Of a DNA stretch of 32,000 bases, positions 1 through 10,266 are shown piece by piece; within the stretch, counting starts at the first letter, position 1; every line of letters begins with the position of its first letter. This stretch comes from Candidatus Saccharimonadota bacterium. GTDB taxonomy: Bacteria; Pseudomonadota; Gammaproteobacteria; Johnevansiales; Johnevansiaceae. Location of the stretch: contig NC_018677.1 of assembly GCF_000300075.1 (NCBI RefSeq), forward strand, positions 90,001 through 122,000. Direction: 5' to 3'. Made by a program: the position numbers and the translations under genes. Below the pieces are notes generated by a model. It worked only from the letters and a program-made list of their open reading frames with translations, was not told where the DNA came from and did no database searches.

Positions 1-1
1 A

Positions 2-763
2 ACTATAATTTATGGAATGGGTGAGCTGCACATTGAGATTATTGTAGATCGGATGCGTAGAGAATTTAAAGTAGAAGCTAACATAGGTAAACCTCAAGTA
101 GCATATCGCGAAACAATTAACAATATAGTCAAACAAGAAGGTAAATTTATTAGACAATCAGGAGGTAGAGGTCAATATGGCCATGTTTGGTTACGTATTG
201 AACCTTTTAAAAAAGTTGATAAATCTAACGACAAAGAAATCAACAATAAGTTTTGTTCAGAAATAGTAGGAGGTACAATACCTAAAGAATTTATCCCTGC
301 AATTGAAAAAGGTGCATACGATCAGTTAAAAAACGGTGTATTAGCTGGATATCCATTGATAAATGTTAAAGTTACTGTATTTGATGGTTCTTATCACGAA
401 GTTGATTCGAATGAAAATGCATTTAAAGTAGCTTCATCAATAGCGGTAAAGGACGGAGCAATAAAGGCTGATGTAGTTTTACTAGAACCAATAATGAAAG
501 TAGAAATTACAACACCAGAACTATTTATGGGAGATGTGGTAGGCGATTTAAATCGTAGAAGAGGGATTATACAAAGTATGGAAGATAATTTCAATGGAAA
601 AGTTATAACAGCTATGGTACCATTAAAAGAAATGTTTGGTTATGCAACAGTTTTAAGATCTAACACTCAAGGAAGAGCAAGTTATACAATGAAGTTTGAA
701 CAATATGAGAAAGCACCAGATATAGTAAGTAGAGAAGTTATAAAAAAGAATAAAGAATATTAA
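2..763 (+). CDS. fusA: Elongation factor G, C-terminal portion (5' end lies outside the window)
   Basis: The frame is open from the window edge. The translation [39 protein letters not shown]...[16 protein letters not shown] is the conserved EF-G domain III-V region. It is followed directly by tuf, as in the str operon. Confidence 0.95.
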   Translation, partial: TIIYGMGELHIEIIVDRMRREFKVEANIGKPQVAYRETINNIVKQEGKFIRQSGGRGQYGHVWLRIEPFKKVDKSNDKEINNKFCSEIVGGTIPKEFIPAIEKGAYDQLKNGVLAGYPLINVKVTVFDGSYHEVDSNENAFKVASSIAVKDGAIKADVVLLEPIMKVEITTPELFMGDVVGDLNRRRGIIQSMEDNFNGKVITAMVPLKEMFGYATVLRSNTQGRASYTMKFEQYEKAPDIVSREVIKKNKEY

Positions 764-784
764 ATGAAAAAGAGGGTTATATTT

Positions 785-1984
785 GTGGCTAAAAAACTTT
801 TTAATAGGTCTAAAGAACATTTAAATGTTGGCACAATAGGACATGTAGATCATGGAAAAACAACATTAACAGCAGCATTAACGCGGGTATCATCAGAAAT
901 ATATGGTAGTGAATTGAGAAAGTTTGATACAATAGATAATGCACCAGAAGAAAAGCAAAGAGGTATTACAATAGCAACAGCTCATGTAGAATATGAGTCT
1001 AAAATACGCCATTATGCACATGTAGATTGTCCTGGGCATGCAGATTATATAAAGAACATGATAACAGGTGCAGCTCAAATGGATGGAGCTATATTGGTGT
1101 GTTCAGCATCAGATGGTCCGATGCCTCAAACAAGAGAACATATTTTATTAGCACGGCAAGTTGGTGTTCCATATATTGTAGTTTATTTAAATAAAGCTGA
1201 TTTAGTAGATGATACAGAATTATTGGAATTGGTAGAAATAGAGATTAGAGAATTGCTATCAGAATATGAGTTTCCAGGTGAAAAAACACCTTTAATTGTA
1301 GGTTCTGCTTTAATGGCGTTAGAAGGGAGAGATATAAACGGTATGGGAAAGAGTTCAGTAATAAAATTAGTTGAAGCATTAGATACTTATATCCCTTTGC
1401 CAGAACGTGCTATAAACAAACCATTTTTGATGCCAATAGAAGATGTATTTTCTATTTCAGGAAGAGGAACAGTTGTAACAGGTAGAGTAGATCGGGGTAT
1501 AATAAACGCAGGAGAAGAAGTTGAAATAATAGGTTTAAAAGACACCATAAAAACAACGGTTACAGGAATAGAAATGTTTAGAAAAATACTTGATGAAGGT
1601 CGTGCAGGAGAAAACATAGGAGCTCTGTTACGTGGTATTAAGAGAGAAGATGTTGAAAGAGGTCAAATACTAGCAAAACCCGGGTCAATAACACCACATA
1701 CACAATTTGAAGCAGAGGTTTATATTTTAAAAAAAGAAGAAGGCGGCAGGCACACGCCATTTTTAAAGGGCTATAGACCTCAATTTTATTTTCGAACCAC
1801 AGATGTCACGGGCACGTGTGAATTAAAAGATGGAGTGGATATGGTAATGCCTGGTGATAATGTTAAGATGATTATTAATTTAATAGCTCCTATAGCAATG
1901 GAGGAGGGTTTAAGGTTTGCTATTAGAGAAGGGGGTCGTACAGTAGGAGCAGGCATAGTTGTGAATATATTAAGAGACAAATAA
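785..1984 (+). CDS. tuf: Elongation factor Tu
   Basis: [13 protein letters not shown] and NKADL GTPase motifs are present, with EF-Tu-like sequence throughout. The ORF opens at ATG 764, abutting the fusA stop. Alignment to the EF-Tu N-terminus instead places the start at GTG 785 ([16 protein letters not shown] versus E. coli MSKEKFERTKPHVNVG, same length). AGAGGG lies at 771-776, 8 nt upstream. Confidence 0.95.
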   Translation: MAKKLFNRSKEHLNVGTIGHVDHGKTTLTAALTRVSSEIYGSELRKFDTIDNAPEEKQRGITIATAHVEYESKIRHYAHVDCPGHADYIKNMITGAAQMDGAILVCSASDGPMPQTREHILLARQVGVPYIVVYLNKADLVDDTELLELVEIEIRELLSEYEFPGEKTPLIVGSALMALEGRDINGMGKSSVIKLVEALDTYIPLPERAINKPFLMPIEDVFSISGRGTVVTGRVDRGIINAGEEVEIIGLKDTIKTTVTGIEMFRKILDEGRAGENIGALLRGIKREDVERGQILAKPGSITPHTQFEAEVYILKKEEGGRHTPFLKGYRPQFYFRTTDVTGTCELKDGVDMVMPGDNVKMIINLIAPIAMEEGLRFAIREGGRTVGAGIVVNILRDK

Positions 1985-1987
1985 AAA

Positions 1988-2302
1988 ATGAAAAAGCAAA
2001 AAATTCGTATACGTTTGAAATCGTTCTCGAAAATATTAATAGAGAAGTCAGCGAAAGAAATAGTAGAAACAGCAAAACGTACCGGAGCACAAATAAAAGG
2101 ACCAATTTCGCTACCAAATAAGGTAGAAAGGTATACAATTTTAATATCTCCACATGTTGATAAGGATGCCAGGGATCAATATGAAATTCGTACTCACAAA
2201 CGGTTAGTAGATATTTTAGAAAAAAATGATAAAACTATAGATGCATTAATGTGTTTGGAATTAGCAGCGGGCGTAGATGTACAAATTAAGGTAGGGCCAT
2301 AA
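1988..2302 (+). CDS. rpsJ: 30S ribosomal protein S10
   Basis: [10 protein letters not shown]...[32 protein letters not shown] is the S10 signature. It is the first gene of the S10 operon order. Confidence 0.95.
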   Translation: MKKQKIRIRLKSFSKILIEKSAKEIVETAKRTGAQIKGPISLPNKVERYTILISPHVDKDARDQYEIRTHKRLVDILEKNDKTIDALMCLELAAGVDVQIKVGP

Positions 2303-2304
2303 AC

Positions 2305-2889
2305 ATGGTTGGAGTAATTGGTAAAAAAATAGGTATGAGCGTAATCTTGAATGCTAATGGTATTTCAATACCAGTTACTATTATAGAGGTATTACCTAAT
2401 AAAATATTAAATATAAAAACAAAGAAAATTGATGGATATAATGCAATACAACTTACAAATGGTAAGCTTTTAAAAAAAAAAGTAGCAAGATTAAAGGAAT
2501 TTAGAGTGAGTAGTCAAGATATAAAACATTTTACTTGTCAGGATAAACTGACGGTATCGTTTTTTAAATTGGATGACGTTGTGAAAGTAAGTGGTTTAAC
2601 TAAGGGCAAAGGATATCAAGGTACTATAAAAAGGTGGAACTTTAATTCACAAAATAAGAGTCATGGAAATTCACTTTCTCATCGTACATCAGGTTCAACA
2701 GGGCAATGTCAAACTCCGGGACGTGTTTTTAAAGGTAAAAAAATGGCAGGTAGAATGGGGAATGAAAAAAAAACAGTATCTAATTTAAAAGTTATAAAAA
2801 TAAATATAGAATTAAATTTAATAATTATAAAAGGGGCAGTGCCAGGATATAATGGCCGTGAAGTTTTTATAAATAAAACAAAGTGTTGA
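2305..2889 (+). CDS. rplC: 50S ribosomal protein L3
   Basis: MVGVIGKKIGMS...KGKGYQGTIKRWNF...HGNSLSHRTSGSTGQCQTPGRVFKGKKMAGRMG matches L3. Operon position is conserved. It contains an in-frame A10 run (2472-2481). Confidence 0.95.
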   Translation: MVGVIGKKIGMSVILNANGISIPVTIIEVLPNKILNIKTKKIDGYNAIQLTNGKLLKKKVARLKEFRVSSQDIKHFTCQDKLTVSFFKLDDVVKVSGLTKGKGYQGTIKRWNFNSQNKSHGNSLSHRTSGSTGQCQTPGRVFKGKKMAGRMGNEKKTVSNLKVIKINIELNLIIIKGAVPGYNGREVFINKTKC

Positions 2890-2906
2890 ATATAAATGAG
2901 AAACGC

Positions 2907-3521
2907 ATGAAGATCAAACTTAGAGATACAACTGATACAATTAAAGTATCAAAAGAAGTATTTGATATAGATTTTAAACCGGCATTAATTCATCAAGTAA
3001 TAACGTCGTATATACATAATTCAAGGCAAGGAACAAAAGCACAAAAAAATTATAAAACTATTCGTGGTGGTGGCAAAAAACCTTGGAAGCAAAAAGGAAC
3101 AGGACGAGCACGTGCAGGCAGCATAAGATCACCTTTGTGGAGAGGTGGTTGTATAACGTTTGCTGTAACACATAAAACAGTTTACAAAAAAATTAATAGA
3201 AAAATGTATAAGTTAGCAATGTGTGCAATAATTTCTGAATTATTACGTCAAAAAAGATTGATTGTTTTAAATGAAATAAAGTTAAATGTTATCAATACAA
3301 ATTTTATAAAAAGTAAAATGGAAGAGTTAAATATAAACTTTTCAAAAACTCTTATAATAACCGAAACATGTGAAAATAAAATTGAGTTATCTTCACGTAA
3401 CATATCTAATGTAGAGTCTATTAAGGTAGGGTCTGTAAATCCGATAATCCTTATAAATACAAATAAAGTATTAATAACATTAGCAGCCTTACGTAAGTTA
3501 GAGGAAAAGTTTAAGATATAG
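2907..3521 (+). CDS. rplD: 50S ribosomal protein L4
   Basis: GGGKKPWKQKGTGRARAGSIRSPLWRGG is the L4 core motif. The ORF opens at GTG 2883, overlapping rplC. ATG 2907 (MKIKLRDTTDTIKVSKEVF) aligns with the E. coli L4 N-terminus (MELVLKDAQSALTVSETTF). Confidence 0.92.
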   Translation: MKIKLRDTTDTIKVSKEVFDIDFKPALIHQVITSYIHNSRQGTKAQKNYKTIRGGGKKPWKQKGTGRARAGSIRSPLWRGGCITFAVTHKTVYKKINRKMYKLAMCAIISELLRQKRLIVLNEIKLNVINTNFIKSKMEELNINFSKTLIITETCENKIELSSRNISNVESIKVGSVNPIILINTNKVLITLAALRKLEEKFKI

Positions 3522-3523
3522 TT

Positions 3524-3781
3524 ATGAAATATAAACAAAAATTATTTAAAATTTTATTAGGACCACATATTAGTGAAAAAGCTTTGTTAAAATCATCTCA
3601 AGGTAGCTATGTATTTAAAGTATCGAAAACAGCTATAAAGAAGGAAATAAAGCAAGCGGTAAATATCTTGTTTGAAAAAAAGGTTGATTCAGTTAGAGTT
3701 GTTAATGTACCAAAAAAAAAAAGAGGTAGGTATAAAAAAGCATATGTAAAATTATTAAAAGGTGAAACTATCGAAGAATAA
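3524..3781 (+). CDS. rplW: 50S ribosomal protein L23
   Basis: LLGPHISEKA...YVFKVSKTA.K.EIKQAV..LF.KKV..V is L23-like. Operon position lies between rplD and rplB. It contains an in-frame A11 run (3712-3722). Confidence 0.9.
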   Translation: MKYKQKLFKILLGPHISEKALLKSSQGSYVFKVSKTAIKKEIKQAVNILFEKKVDSVRVVNVPKKKRGRYKKAYVKLLKGETIEE

Positions 3782-3802
3782 AATTAAGATGGGTGAGTTA
3801 AA

Positions 3803-4603
3803 ATGTCGTTATTAGTTAAAGTAAAACCAACATCGGCTGGCATAAGGCATGCTATAAAATTAAAACAAAGAAAAATATTTAAAGGTAGGCCAATTAAGCA
3901 GTTGATAGTAATAAAAAAAAAACATGGTGGACGAAACAATAAAGGTAGAATTACTGTGCGTCATATTGGGGGGGGACACAAACAATATTATAGACAAATT
4001 GATTTTAAGAGAAATAAGGATAATATAACCGCAATTATTGAACGAATTGAGTATGACCCTAATAGAAATGCAAATATAGCTTTAATTAAATATAAAGATG
4101 GAGCAAGAAGTTATATTATTTCCACAAAAGGAATGAAAGTAGGTTATTCTATTGAATCAGGTACAAATGTACCTATCAAGATTGGTAATTCATTACCATT
4201 AAAAAAACTTCATTTAGGAACTAAAATTAATTGTGTTGAATTAAAACCAGGTAAAGGTGCTCAATTAGTCCGCAGTGCAGGAAATTATGCACAAATAAGT
4301 TCTATAGATGGAAGATATGTTTTTATACGGTTAAGGTCTGGTGAGATACGTAAACTAAAGTCAGATTGTCGTGCAACAATAGGTGAAGTAAGTAATTCTA
4401 AATATAATCTTTGTAAATTAGGTAAAGCTGGGGTAAACAGATGGAAAGGAATACGTCCCACAGTAAGAGGTGTTGCCATGAATCCTGTAGATCATCCTCA
4501 TGGCGGGGGTGAAGGTCGTACTAGTGGAGGCAGGCACCCAGTAACCCCTTGGGGAAAAATGACTAAAGGTTATAAAACACGTAAAAATATAAGGAAGTTA
4601 TAA
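3803..4603 (+). CDS. rplB: 50S ribosomal protein L2
   Basis: [27 protein letters not shown] and [29 protein letters not shown] are L2 signatures. Confidence 0.96.
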   Translation: MSLLVKVKPTSAGIRHAIKLKQRKIFKGRPIKQLIVIKKKHGGRNNKGRITVRHIGGGHKQYYRQIDFKRNKDNITAIIERIEYDPNRNANIALIKYKDGARSYIISTKGMKVGYSIESGTNVPIKIGNSLPLKKLHLGTKINCVELKPGKGAQLVRSAGNYAQISSIDGRYVFIRLRSGEIRKLKSDCRATIGEVSNSKYNLCKLGKAGVNRWKGIRPTVRGVAMNPVDHPHGGGEGRTSGGRHPVTPWGKMTKGYKTRKNIRKL

Positions 4604-4604
4604 G

Positions 4605-4883
4605 ATGCCACGTTCTATAAAAAAAGGCCCTTTTATTGATAAACATCTTTTTGAAAAGATAGAAAAAGCATTGAAAAGTAATGAAAAAAAAACAATAAAA
4701 ACTTGGTCCAGAAGGTCTATGATATTACCAGATATGGTAGGATTAACAATCTCAATACATAATGGAATAAAACATATACCTATTTATATTACAGAAGAAA
4801 TGGTAGGTAGAAAGTTAGGGGAGTTTGCTATTACACGGACTTTTAAAGGTCACAAAAAAGGTTATGTAGCTGATAAAAAATAA
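4605..4883 (+). CDS. rpsS: 30S ribosomal protein S19
   Basis: [14 protein letters not shown]...[41 protein letters not shown] is S19. Confidence 0.95.
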   Translation: MPRSIKKGPFIDKHLFEKIEKALKSNEKKTIKTWSRRSMILPDMVGLTISIHNGIKHIPIYITEEMVGRKLGEFAITRTFKGHKKGYVADKK

Positions 4884-4896
4884 TTGGGAAATAAAT

Positions 4897-5238
4897 ATGG
4901 AAGAAGTAAGTGCAAAGTTATGTGGTGTACGGTTATCTGCCCAAAAAGCTAGATTGGTAGTGAATCTAATTAGAGGTAAATCAGTAAATAGAGCATTAGA
5001 AATTTTAAATTTTACATCAAAAAAAGCAGCGAAGTTTATAAACCAAACACTTAAAACAGTAATGTACAATGCGAAAAATAATAAGGGTATGAATATTGAA
5101 AAGCTAATAATTTCAGCTATTTGGATAACCGACGGTAAAACGTTTAAAAGATCTTTACCAAGATCTAAAGGTCGTACTGATATAATTAGAAACCGTACTT
5201 GTCATATTAATATCAAGGTAACTGAACTTATTATTTAG
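4897..5238 (+). CDS. rplV: 50S ribosomal protein L22
   Basis: RLSAQKARLVVNLIRGKSVN.ALEIL.F..KKAA matches L22. Operon position is conserved. Confidence 0.93.
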   Translation: MEEVSAKLCGVRLSAQKARLVVNLIRGKSVNRALEILNFTSKKAAKFINQTLKTVMYNAKNNKGMNIEKLIISAIWITDGKTFKRSLPRSKGRTDIIRNRTCHINIKVTELII

Positions 5239-5252
5239 TAAGGAACATAAAA

Positions 5253-5933
5253 ATGGGAAAAAAAGTACATCCAATAGGCATGAGATTAGGGGTTATCAAA
5301 AATCATTTGTCAACATGGTATGCAGAACAGAAACAGTTTTCTTCTTTATTGAAGAAAGATATAGAAATTAGAAATCTTATAGAAAGCCGTTTAAATTATG
5401 CTAATATCAACATAAGTCGAATATGTATTGAACGCACTGCTAACAATGCTAGTGTAATAGTTTATACAGCTAGACCAGGTAGGATAGTAGGATCAAAAGG
5501 AGACGAAGTAGATAAATTAAGAGATGAAGTAAATAAAATTATGGGGGTAAAGGTACAAATAGATATTGAAGAGATAAAAACACCAGAGATAGATGCTAAA
5601 ATCATCGCTCAAAAAATTGCACTACAACTAGAAAAACGTGTAATGTTTCGTCGTGTAATGAAAAGAGCTGTACAACTTGCTATTAGATTTGGTGCTAAAG
5701 GCGTTAAAATAAAATTATCAGGTAGATTAGGGGGATCAGAAATTGCTAGAAAAGCATGGTACAAAGAAGGTAGAGTACCTTTGCATACTTTACGCGCAAA
5801 TATAGATTTTTATAAAGAAGAAGCATTTACTAGTTATGGTGTAATAGGGATAAAAGTTTGGGTTTTTAAAGGAGAAAGAATAGGAGTTGTGGAAGAAGCT
5901 AAGCAATTAGATTATAAAAAAAATAAGGTGTAA
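5253..5933 (+). CDS. rpsC: 30S ribosomal protein S3
   Basis: [13 protein letters not shown]....W.S.WYA...F and [32 protein letters not shown] are S3 signatures. Confidence 0.96.
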   Translation: MGKKVHPIGMRLGVIKNHLSTWYAEQKQFSSLLKKDIEIRNLIESRLNYANINISRICIERTANNASVIVYTARPGRIVGSKGDEVDKLRDEVNKIMGVKVQIDIEEIKTPEIDAKIIAQKIALQLEKRVMFRRVMKRAVQLAIRFGAKGVKIKLSGRLGGSEIARKAWYKEGRVPLHTLRANIDFYKEEAFTSYGVIGIKVWVFKGERIGVVEEAKQLDYKKNKV

Positions 5934-5934
5934 A

Positions 5935-6348
5935 ATGTTACAGCCTAAAAAGACAAAATATCGCAAACAACAAAAAGGACGTAATAGAGGTGTAGCTAAT
6001 CGTGGAAATGATGTGAAATTTGGTGAATTTGGTATGAAAGCATTGGTTAATAGCAAAATAACTTCAAGACAAATAGAAGCAGGTCGAAGAGCTATTACTA
6101 GGCATGTAAAGCGTGGTGGCAAAATTTGGATACGTGTTTTTCCAGATAAACCAATCACAAAGAAACCACTTGAAGTACGTATGGGAAAAGGCAAGGGATC
6201 TGTAGAATTTTGGGTTGCACAAATAAAACCAGGACGAATAATTTATGAAATAGAAGGAGTAAATGAAGACGTAGCAAAAGAAGCTTTAGGATTGGCAGCT
6301 CAAAAAATGCCATTTATTACTCAGTTTGTTGAAAAGGTTATTATGTAA
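5935..6348 (+). CDS. rplP: 50S ribosomal protein L16
   Basis: [31 protein letters not shown] and [27 protein letters not shown] are L16 signatures. Confidence 0.96.
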   Translation: MLQPKKTKYRKQQKGRNRGVANRGNDVKFGEFGMKALVNSKITSRQIEAGRRAITRHVKRGGKIWIRVFPDKPITKKPLEVRMGKGKGSVEFWVAQIKPGRIIYEIEGVNEDVAKEALGLAAQKMPFITQFVEKVIM

Positions 6349-6351
6349 GTT

Positions 6352-6543
6352 ATGTTAAGTATAATGAAGGAAGAAAAAAAAATTGAAGAATTAAATAAGA
6401 AAGTATTGTCATTATTAAATAAACAATTAAAGTTAAGAATGCAAAAAAGAATAGGACAAGAAAACAAAATGCATTTATTAAAAAAGATACGTAGAGATAT
6501 TGCTAGGTTAAAAACTAGAATAAAGGAAAAAAGTGTAGTATGA
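6352..6543 (+). CDS. rpmC: 50S ribosomal protein L29
   Basis: EELN...L.LLN.Q..LRMQ......N.HLLKK.RRDIAR.KT matches L29. An alternative in-frame ATG at 6364 cannot be excluded. Its stop overlaps the rpsQ start (ATGA). Confidence 0.88.
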   Translation: MLSIMKEEKKIEELNKKVLSLLNKQLKLRMQKRIGQENKMHLLKKIRRDIARLKTRIKEKSVV

Positions 6544-6791
6544 AAAGTAATATAAAAGTAAGAAAAATAAAAGGTAAAGTAGTTAGTAATAAAATGAATA
6601 AAACAATTGTAGTTTTAATAGAAAGACTTTTTAAACATAAAACTTATGGTAAATATATTAAACGATCAAAAAAAATAAGTGTACATGATTCAAAAAATAA
6701 AGCAGAAATCGGAGATATAGTTGAGTGTGCAGAAAGTTTTAAAATATCTAAAACAAAATCTTGGATTTTAATAAAAATTTTGAAAAGTTAA
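6540..6791 (+). CDS. rpsQ: 30S ribosomal protein S17
   Basis: GKVVSNKMNKTIVVLIERLFKHKTYGKYIKRSKK..VHD..N.A..GD.V...E...ISKTKSW matches S17. Confidence 0.93.
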   Translation: MKSNIKVRKIKGKVVSNKMNKTIVVLIERLFKHKTYGKYIKRSKKISVHDSKNKAEIGDIVECAESFKISKTKSWILIKILKS

Positions 6792-6807
6792 ACATAAAAG
6801 TTGAAAA

Positions 6808-7179
6808 ATGATACAAACACAAACTAACTTAGAATTAGCCGATAATAGTGGCGCAAAAAAAGTACAATGTATAAAAGTATTAGGCGGTTCTCGTCGTAGA
6901 TATGCTAATATAGGCGATTTGATAAAAATAACAGTTAAAGAAGCAATACCTAAGGGTAAAGTAAAGAAAGGGCAAGTAATGAAAGCCGTAGTTGTACGCA
7001 CAAAAAAAGGTATAAGACGTAAAGATGGTTCAATTATTAGATTCGATAGTAATGCAGTTGTTTTATTAAATAATACTAATGAACAACTTGTAGGTACTCG
7101 TATTTTTGGCCCTGTAACAAGAGAGTTACGTACAGAAAAATTTATGAAGATTGTGTCTTTGGCATCAGAGGTGTTGTGA
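6808..7179 (+). CDS. rplN: 50S ribosomal protein L14
   Basis: [68 protein letters not shown] is L14. Confidence 0.96.
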   Translation: MIQTQTNLELADNSGAKKVQCIKVLGGSRRRYANIGDLIKITVKEAIPKGKVKKGQVMKAVVVRTKKGIRRKDGSIIRFDSNAVVLLNNTNEQLVGTRIFGPVTRELRTEKFMKIVSLASEVL

Positions 7180-7185
7180 AAATGT

Positions 7186-7488
7186 ATGTATAAACTTAGA
7201 CGTAAGGATGAAGTAATCGTTATATCTGGTAAAGACAAAGGTAAAGTTGGAAAAATTAAACGGATTTTAAAACAGAAAGTTTGGGTAGTAGGGATAAATA
7301 TAAGAAAATTTCATAAAAAAAATAAAGGTAATAGCATAGGAGGTATAATTAAACAAGAAGCATCAATTAATTGTTCAAATATAGCTATATTTAACTCAGA
7401 AGTAGGTAAAGCGGACAAAGTTAAACTTATTAGTAAAAATGGTTTTAAAACACGCATGTTAAGATCAACTAACAAGCCACTTAAATGA
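7186..7488 (+). CDS. rplX: 50S ribosomal protein L24
   Basis: [20 protein letters not shown] (KOW motif) and EASI..SN.AIFN...GKADKV match L24. Its stop overlaps the rplE start (ATGA). Confidence 0.93.
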   Translation: MYKLRRKDEVIVISGKDKGKVGKIKRILKQKVWVVGINIRKFHKKNKGNSIGGIIKQEASINCSNIAIFNSEVGKADKVKLISKNGFKTRMLRSTNKPLK

Positions 7489-7988
7489 AGAGTATAAAAT
7501 TGAAGTATATTAACATAATGAGAATACCAACTATAAGTAAAGTTACTTTAAATATTGGTTTGGGTAAATCAGTAGAACAAAATGATAAACGTTTACTTGA
7601 AACAGCAGAACAAGACTTCAGAAAAATTACAGGACAGCAACCAATTATTACAATGGCTCGCAAATCTATTGCTAGTTTTAAATTACGTATAGGTTTTCCT
7701 ATTGGTGTCAAGGTAACTTTAAGACGAGCCCGTATGTGGGAGTTTGTAGATAGATTAATTAACATAGCTATTCCACGACTCAGAGACTTTCGTGGTTTAA
7801 ATAAAAAGTCATTTGATGGTAATGGAAATTTAACATTAGGTTTAAGAGAACAAATAATATTTCCAGAAATTGATTATGAAAAAGTTAATGGTATACGCGG
7901 TTTAAATGTAACTATAACAACTACAGCAAAAACAAATGAAGAAGGTTTTGAGCTTCTTCGTACTTTAGGATTTAAATTTACTAAATAA
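7485..7988 (+). CDS. rplE: 50S ribosomal protein L5 (N-terminus about 12 aa shorter than in E. coli)
   Basis: [59 protein letters not shown]...[13 protein letters not shown]...[14 protein letters not shown] is L5. Confidence 0.95.
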   Translation: MKSIKLKYINIMRIPTISKVTLNIGLGKSVEQNDKRLLETAEQDFRKITGQQPIITMARKSIASFKLRIGFPIGVKVTLRRARMWEFVDRLINIAIPRLRDFRGLNKKSFDGNGNLTLGLREQIIFPEIDYEKVNGIRGLNVTITTTAKTNEEGFELLRTLGFKFTK

Positions 7989-8011
7989 TTAATAAAAGAG
8001 GTCTTAGTTAA

Positions 8012-8317
8012 ATGGCAAAGAAGAGCGTTATAGAGAGAGATCTTAAAAGAAGACGTCTCGTTAAAAAATATTATTTGCGTCGAAGGACTTTAAAACAAAT
8101 AATTAATAATATAAAAACATCTTATGAAGAAAGATTTAAAGCACAGTTAAAATTACAAGGTTTACCTAGAGATTCAAATCCAATAAGACAAAGGAATAGA
8201 TGTTTTATTACAGGAAGACCCAGAGGTTTTTACAATAAATTTGGACTAAGTCGTAATAAACTACGGGAATCAGCAATGACTGGCTACATTCCTGGTTTAA
8301 CTAAATCAAGTTGGTAA
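8012..8317 (+). CDS. rpsN: 30S ribosomal protein S14
   Basis: MAKKS.IERD.KR..LV.KY...R..LK and LPRDS.P.R.RNRC..TGRPRG.Y.KFGLSR.KLRE.AM.G.IPG..K.SW are S14 signatures. Confidence 0.95.
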   Translation: MAKKSVIERDLKRRRLVKKYYLRRRTLKQIINNIKTSYEERFKAQLKLQGLPRDSNPIRQRNRCFITGRPRGFYNKFGLSRNKLRESAMTGYIPGLTKSSW

Positions 8318-8344
8318 TCTAATGTATAATAGGAGGGCATAACA

Positions 8345-8728
8345 ATGAGTATGCAGGATACTATTGCAGATATGTTAACAAGATTGCGTAACGCACAATT
8401 AGTTTGTAAATCAGAAGTTGTGATACCAATATCAAAATTAAAGTTAGAAATATCACGTATTTTAAAAGAAGAAGGTTATATTTTATATTATGCAAACGAT
8501 AAAACAAATATAACAGTAAAATTAAAATATTTTAAAGGTCAACCGGTTATTTCAAATATAAAACGTATTTCTAAGCCTTCTTTACGTATTTATAAAGGAA
8601 AAGATCAGTTAGTAAAAATAGATGATGGTTTGGGAATAGTAATAGTTTCAACTTCTAAAGGACTAATGACCTCGTCTGAAGCAATAAAACGAGCACTTGG
8701 CGGTGAGGTTATTTGTATCGTACATTAA
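8345..8728 (+). CDS. rpsH: 30S ribosomal protein S8
   Basis: MSMQDTIADMLTR.RNAQ and ISKPS.RIY......V..GLGI.IVSTSKG.MT...A.....GGEV.C.V match S8. Confidence 0.95.
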   Translation: MSMQDTIADMLTRLRNAQLVCKSEVVIPISKLKLEISRILKEEGYILYYANDKTNITVKLKYFKGQPVISNIKRISKPSLRIYKGKDQLVKIDDGLGIVIVSTSKGLMTSSEAIKRALGGEVICIVH

Positions 8729-9335
8729 GTTTTTGTTTACATTAATCTATGTATAAGAGTTTAAAAAAATCGCTTTTCATTTAAAGATTTTGCTAAAATT
8801 AGATAGTTGATGTTAGTTATTGTTTGTTAGAGGTTAAAGGTTTGTTTAAAGATTAAAGCTTTTAGTTATTAGAGTTTTTTGTTTTGTTGCTTTTTATGTA
8901 TTTAGATGTTAAGAGGTTGTTTTTGATTATATTAAAATCTGTTTGTTTTTTGTAGCAAACATTGTAGAAGGTTTTGTAAACAGTTGTATAGAAACAATTA
9001 GGGAAATACTTAAGGTTAATTTAGAAGAGGTATGGTAATTGGTATTGGTTATATAAAAAGAGAAAAGTTGTACAAGAACAAAGAATATATGTTGTTTAGA
9101 TGTAGGTTAGTTAGAAGGTTAAAGAAGTTATAGGATTGTTGCCGTTAGTAAATGATCGAATGTATGATTAGGTTTTTTAAAATAATAGTTGTAAAAAAAA
9201 AAAGTAGTAAGATGGATATAGAAAAGCAAGAAAAAAGATAAAAACAAAGAAAAATTAAAAGAAATAATATGTAGCCGCGAAAAACATACGAAAAATGGTA
9301 ATAATTAAAGAAAGATACAAGTATAAGGAAATAAA
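8729..9335. other. 607-bp non-coding spacer inserted between rpsH and rplF inside the spc operon. It is C-depleted on the + strand: G+T-rich for the first ~400 bp, then A-rich for the last ~200 bp.
   Basis: No credible ORF; the only one is a low-complexity antisense ORF at 9145-9372. Visual base counts show about 0-2 C per 60 nt. An A11 run lies at 9193-9203. All neighbouring gene junctions are tens of bp or overlap. Confidence 0.85.
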
Positions 9336-9866
9336 GTGTCAAAAATAGCGAAATGTCCAATAAAAGTACCAAAGAACGTAGAGATACTATTAGATAAAGA
9401 AGTTGTTATTGTAATTGGAAAGAATGGAAGATTGTTTTTAAGTAAACCTTCTTCAGTAGTAATAGTAAAAGATCAACAAAAATTAATATTTAATTCTAAA
9501 AAAAAAGATTGGGTAATAACTGGAACAATAAGGGCGTTGGTTAATAATATGATTATTGGAGTATATAAAGGATTTACTAGAAAATTAGAAATAAATGGAG
9601 TAGGATATAGAGCAAAAATATTTGGTAGAATCATTAATTTAATGCTTGGGTATACCCATAGAATCGAATATAAATTGCCTAAAAATATATTTGCAGAAAC
9701 ACATAGTAAAACTTTAATAATTTTAAAAGGCGCGGATAAACAGAAGTTAGGAATAGTTGCTGCTGAAATTCGTGCAGTTCGTCCAATAGAACCTTATAAA
9801 GGTAGAGGAATACGTTATACTGAAGAAAAAGTTGTGTATAAAGAAGTTAAAAAAAACAAGGGTTAA
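9336..9866 (+). CDS. rplF: 50S ribosomal protein L6
   Basis: GTG start. MSKIAKCPIKVPKNVEI aligns with E. coli MSRVAKAPVVVPAGVDV. The GVGYRA motif, GADKQ..G..AA.IRA.R..EPYKG.GIRY and KE.KK are present. AAGGA lies at 9325-9329, 6 nt upstream. Confidence 0.94.
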   Translation: MSKIAKCPIKVPKNVEILLDKEVVIVIGKNGRLFLSKPSSVVIVKDQQKLIFNSKKKDWVITGTIRALVNNMIIGVYKGFTRKLEINGVGYRAKIFGRIINLMLGYTHRIEYKLPKNIFAETHSKTLIILKGADKQKLGIVAAEIRAVRPIEPYKGRGIRYTEEKVVYKEVKKNKG

Positions 9867-9873
9867 TAAAAGT

Positions 9874-10227
9874 ATGAATTTAAAAAAAGAAAATAGAAAA
9901 AAAAGAATTAGATTTAAAATATGTAAAAAGTTAAAGCGAGAACGTATTTGTGTAAACAAAACCTCAAAACATATATATGCGCAAGTTGTATCAGCAGATG
10001 GAAAAAAGGTATTGGTAAGTGCTTCTACTTTAGAAAAAGATATAAAAAAAGAAACTAAAAATATGAATCAAATGGAAGCAGCAAAAAGAGTAGGAGTTAT
10101 TTTGGCTAATCGTGCAAAAAAAAAAAGTGTTATAAATAAAGCATCATTTGATCGTTCTGGTTTTAAATATCATGGACGCATAAAAGAAGTAGCTACAGGG
10201 GCTCGCAAATGTGGTTTGATATTTTAA
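9874..10227 (+). CDS. rplR: 50S ribosomal protein L18
   Basis: HIYAQVVSADGKKVLVSASTLEKD and SFDRSGFKYHGRIKE.A..AR..GL.F match L18. The ORF opens at 9832 inside rplF, but ATG 9874 gives the conserved 117-aa length. It contains an in-frame A11 run (10116-10126). Confidence 0.92.
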   Translation: MNLKKENRKKRIRFKICKKLKRERICVNKTSKHIYAQVVSADGKKVLVSASTLEKDIKKETKNMNQMEAAKRVGVILANRAKKKSVINKASFDRSGFKYHGRIKEVATGARKCGLIF

Positions 10228-10266
10228 AGCAAATTATAATAAAGAAAAAAGTATAAGGGAACAGTG

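Noticed and set aside
394-594. Antisense or alternative-frame ORFs of 61-156 aa lie inside conserved genes. They are at 394-594, 893-1078, 1387-1617, 1786-1980, 1923-2153, 3248-3538, 4285-4479, 4815-5069, 5907-6194, 6768-7238, 7481-7765, 9747-9959, 11060-11368, 11746-11976, 13417-13731, 17224-17430, 18000-18284 and 21618-21815.
   Set aside because: Each lies opposite, or out of frame with, a strongly conserved ribosomal, translation or synthetase gene. None has a recognisable motif. They have low-complexity Ile/Phe/Leu/Ser-rich composition, as expected from stop-poor antisense frames in AT-rich DNA.
9145-9372. A 75-aa minus-strand ORF lies in the rpsH-rplF spacer.
   Set aside because: It is an extremely low-complexity Leu/Phe/Ile peptide produced by the complement of the A-rich tract. 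It overlaps the rplF start and has no motif or SD.
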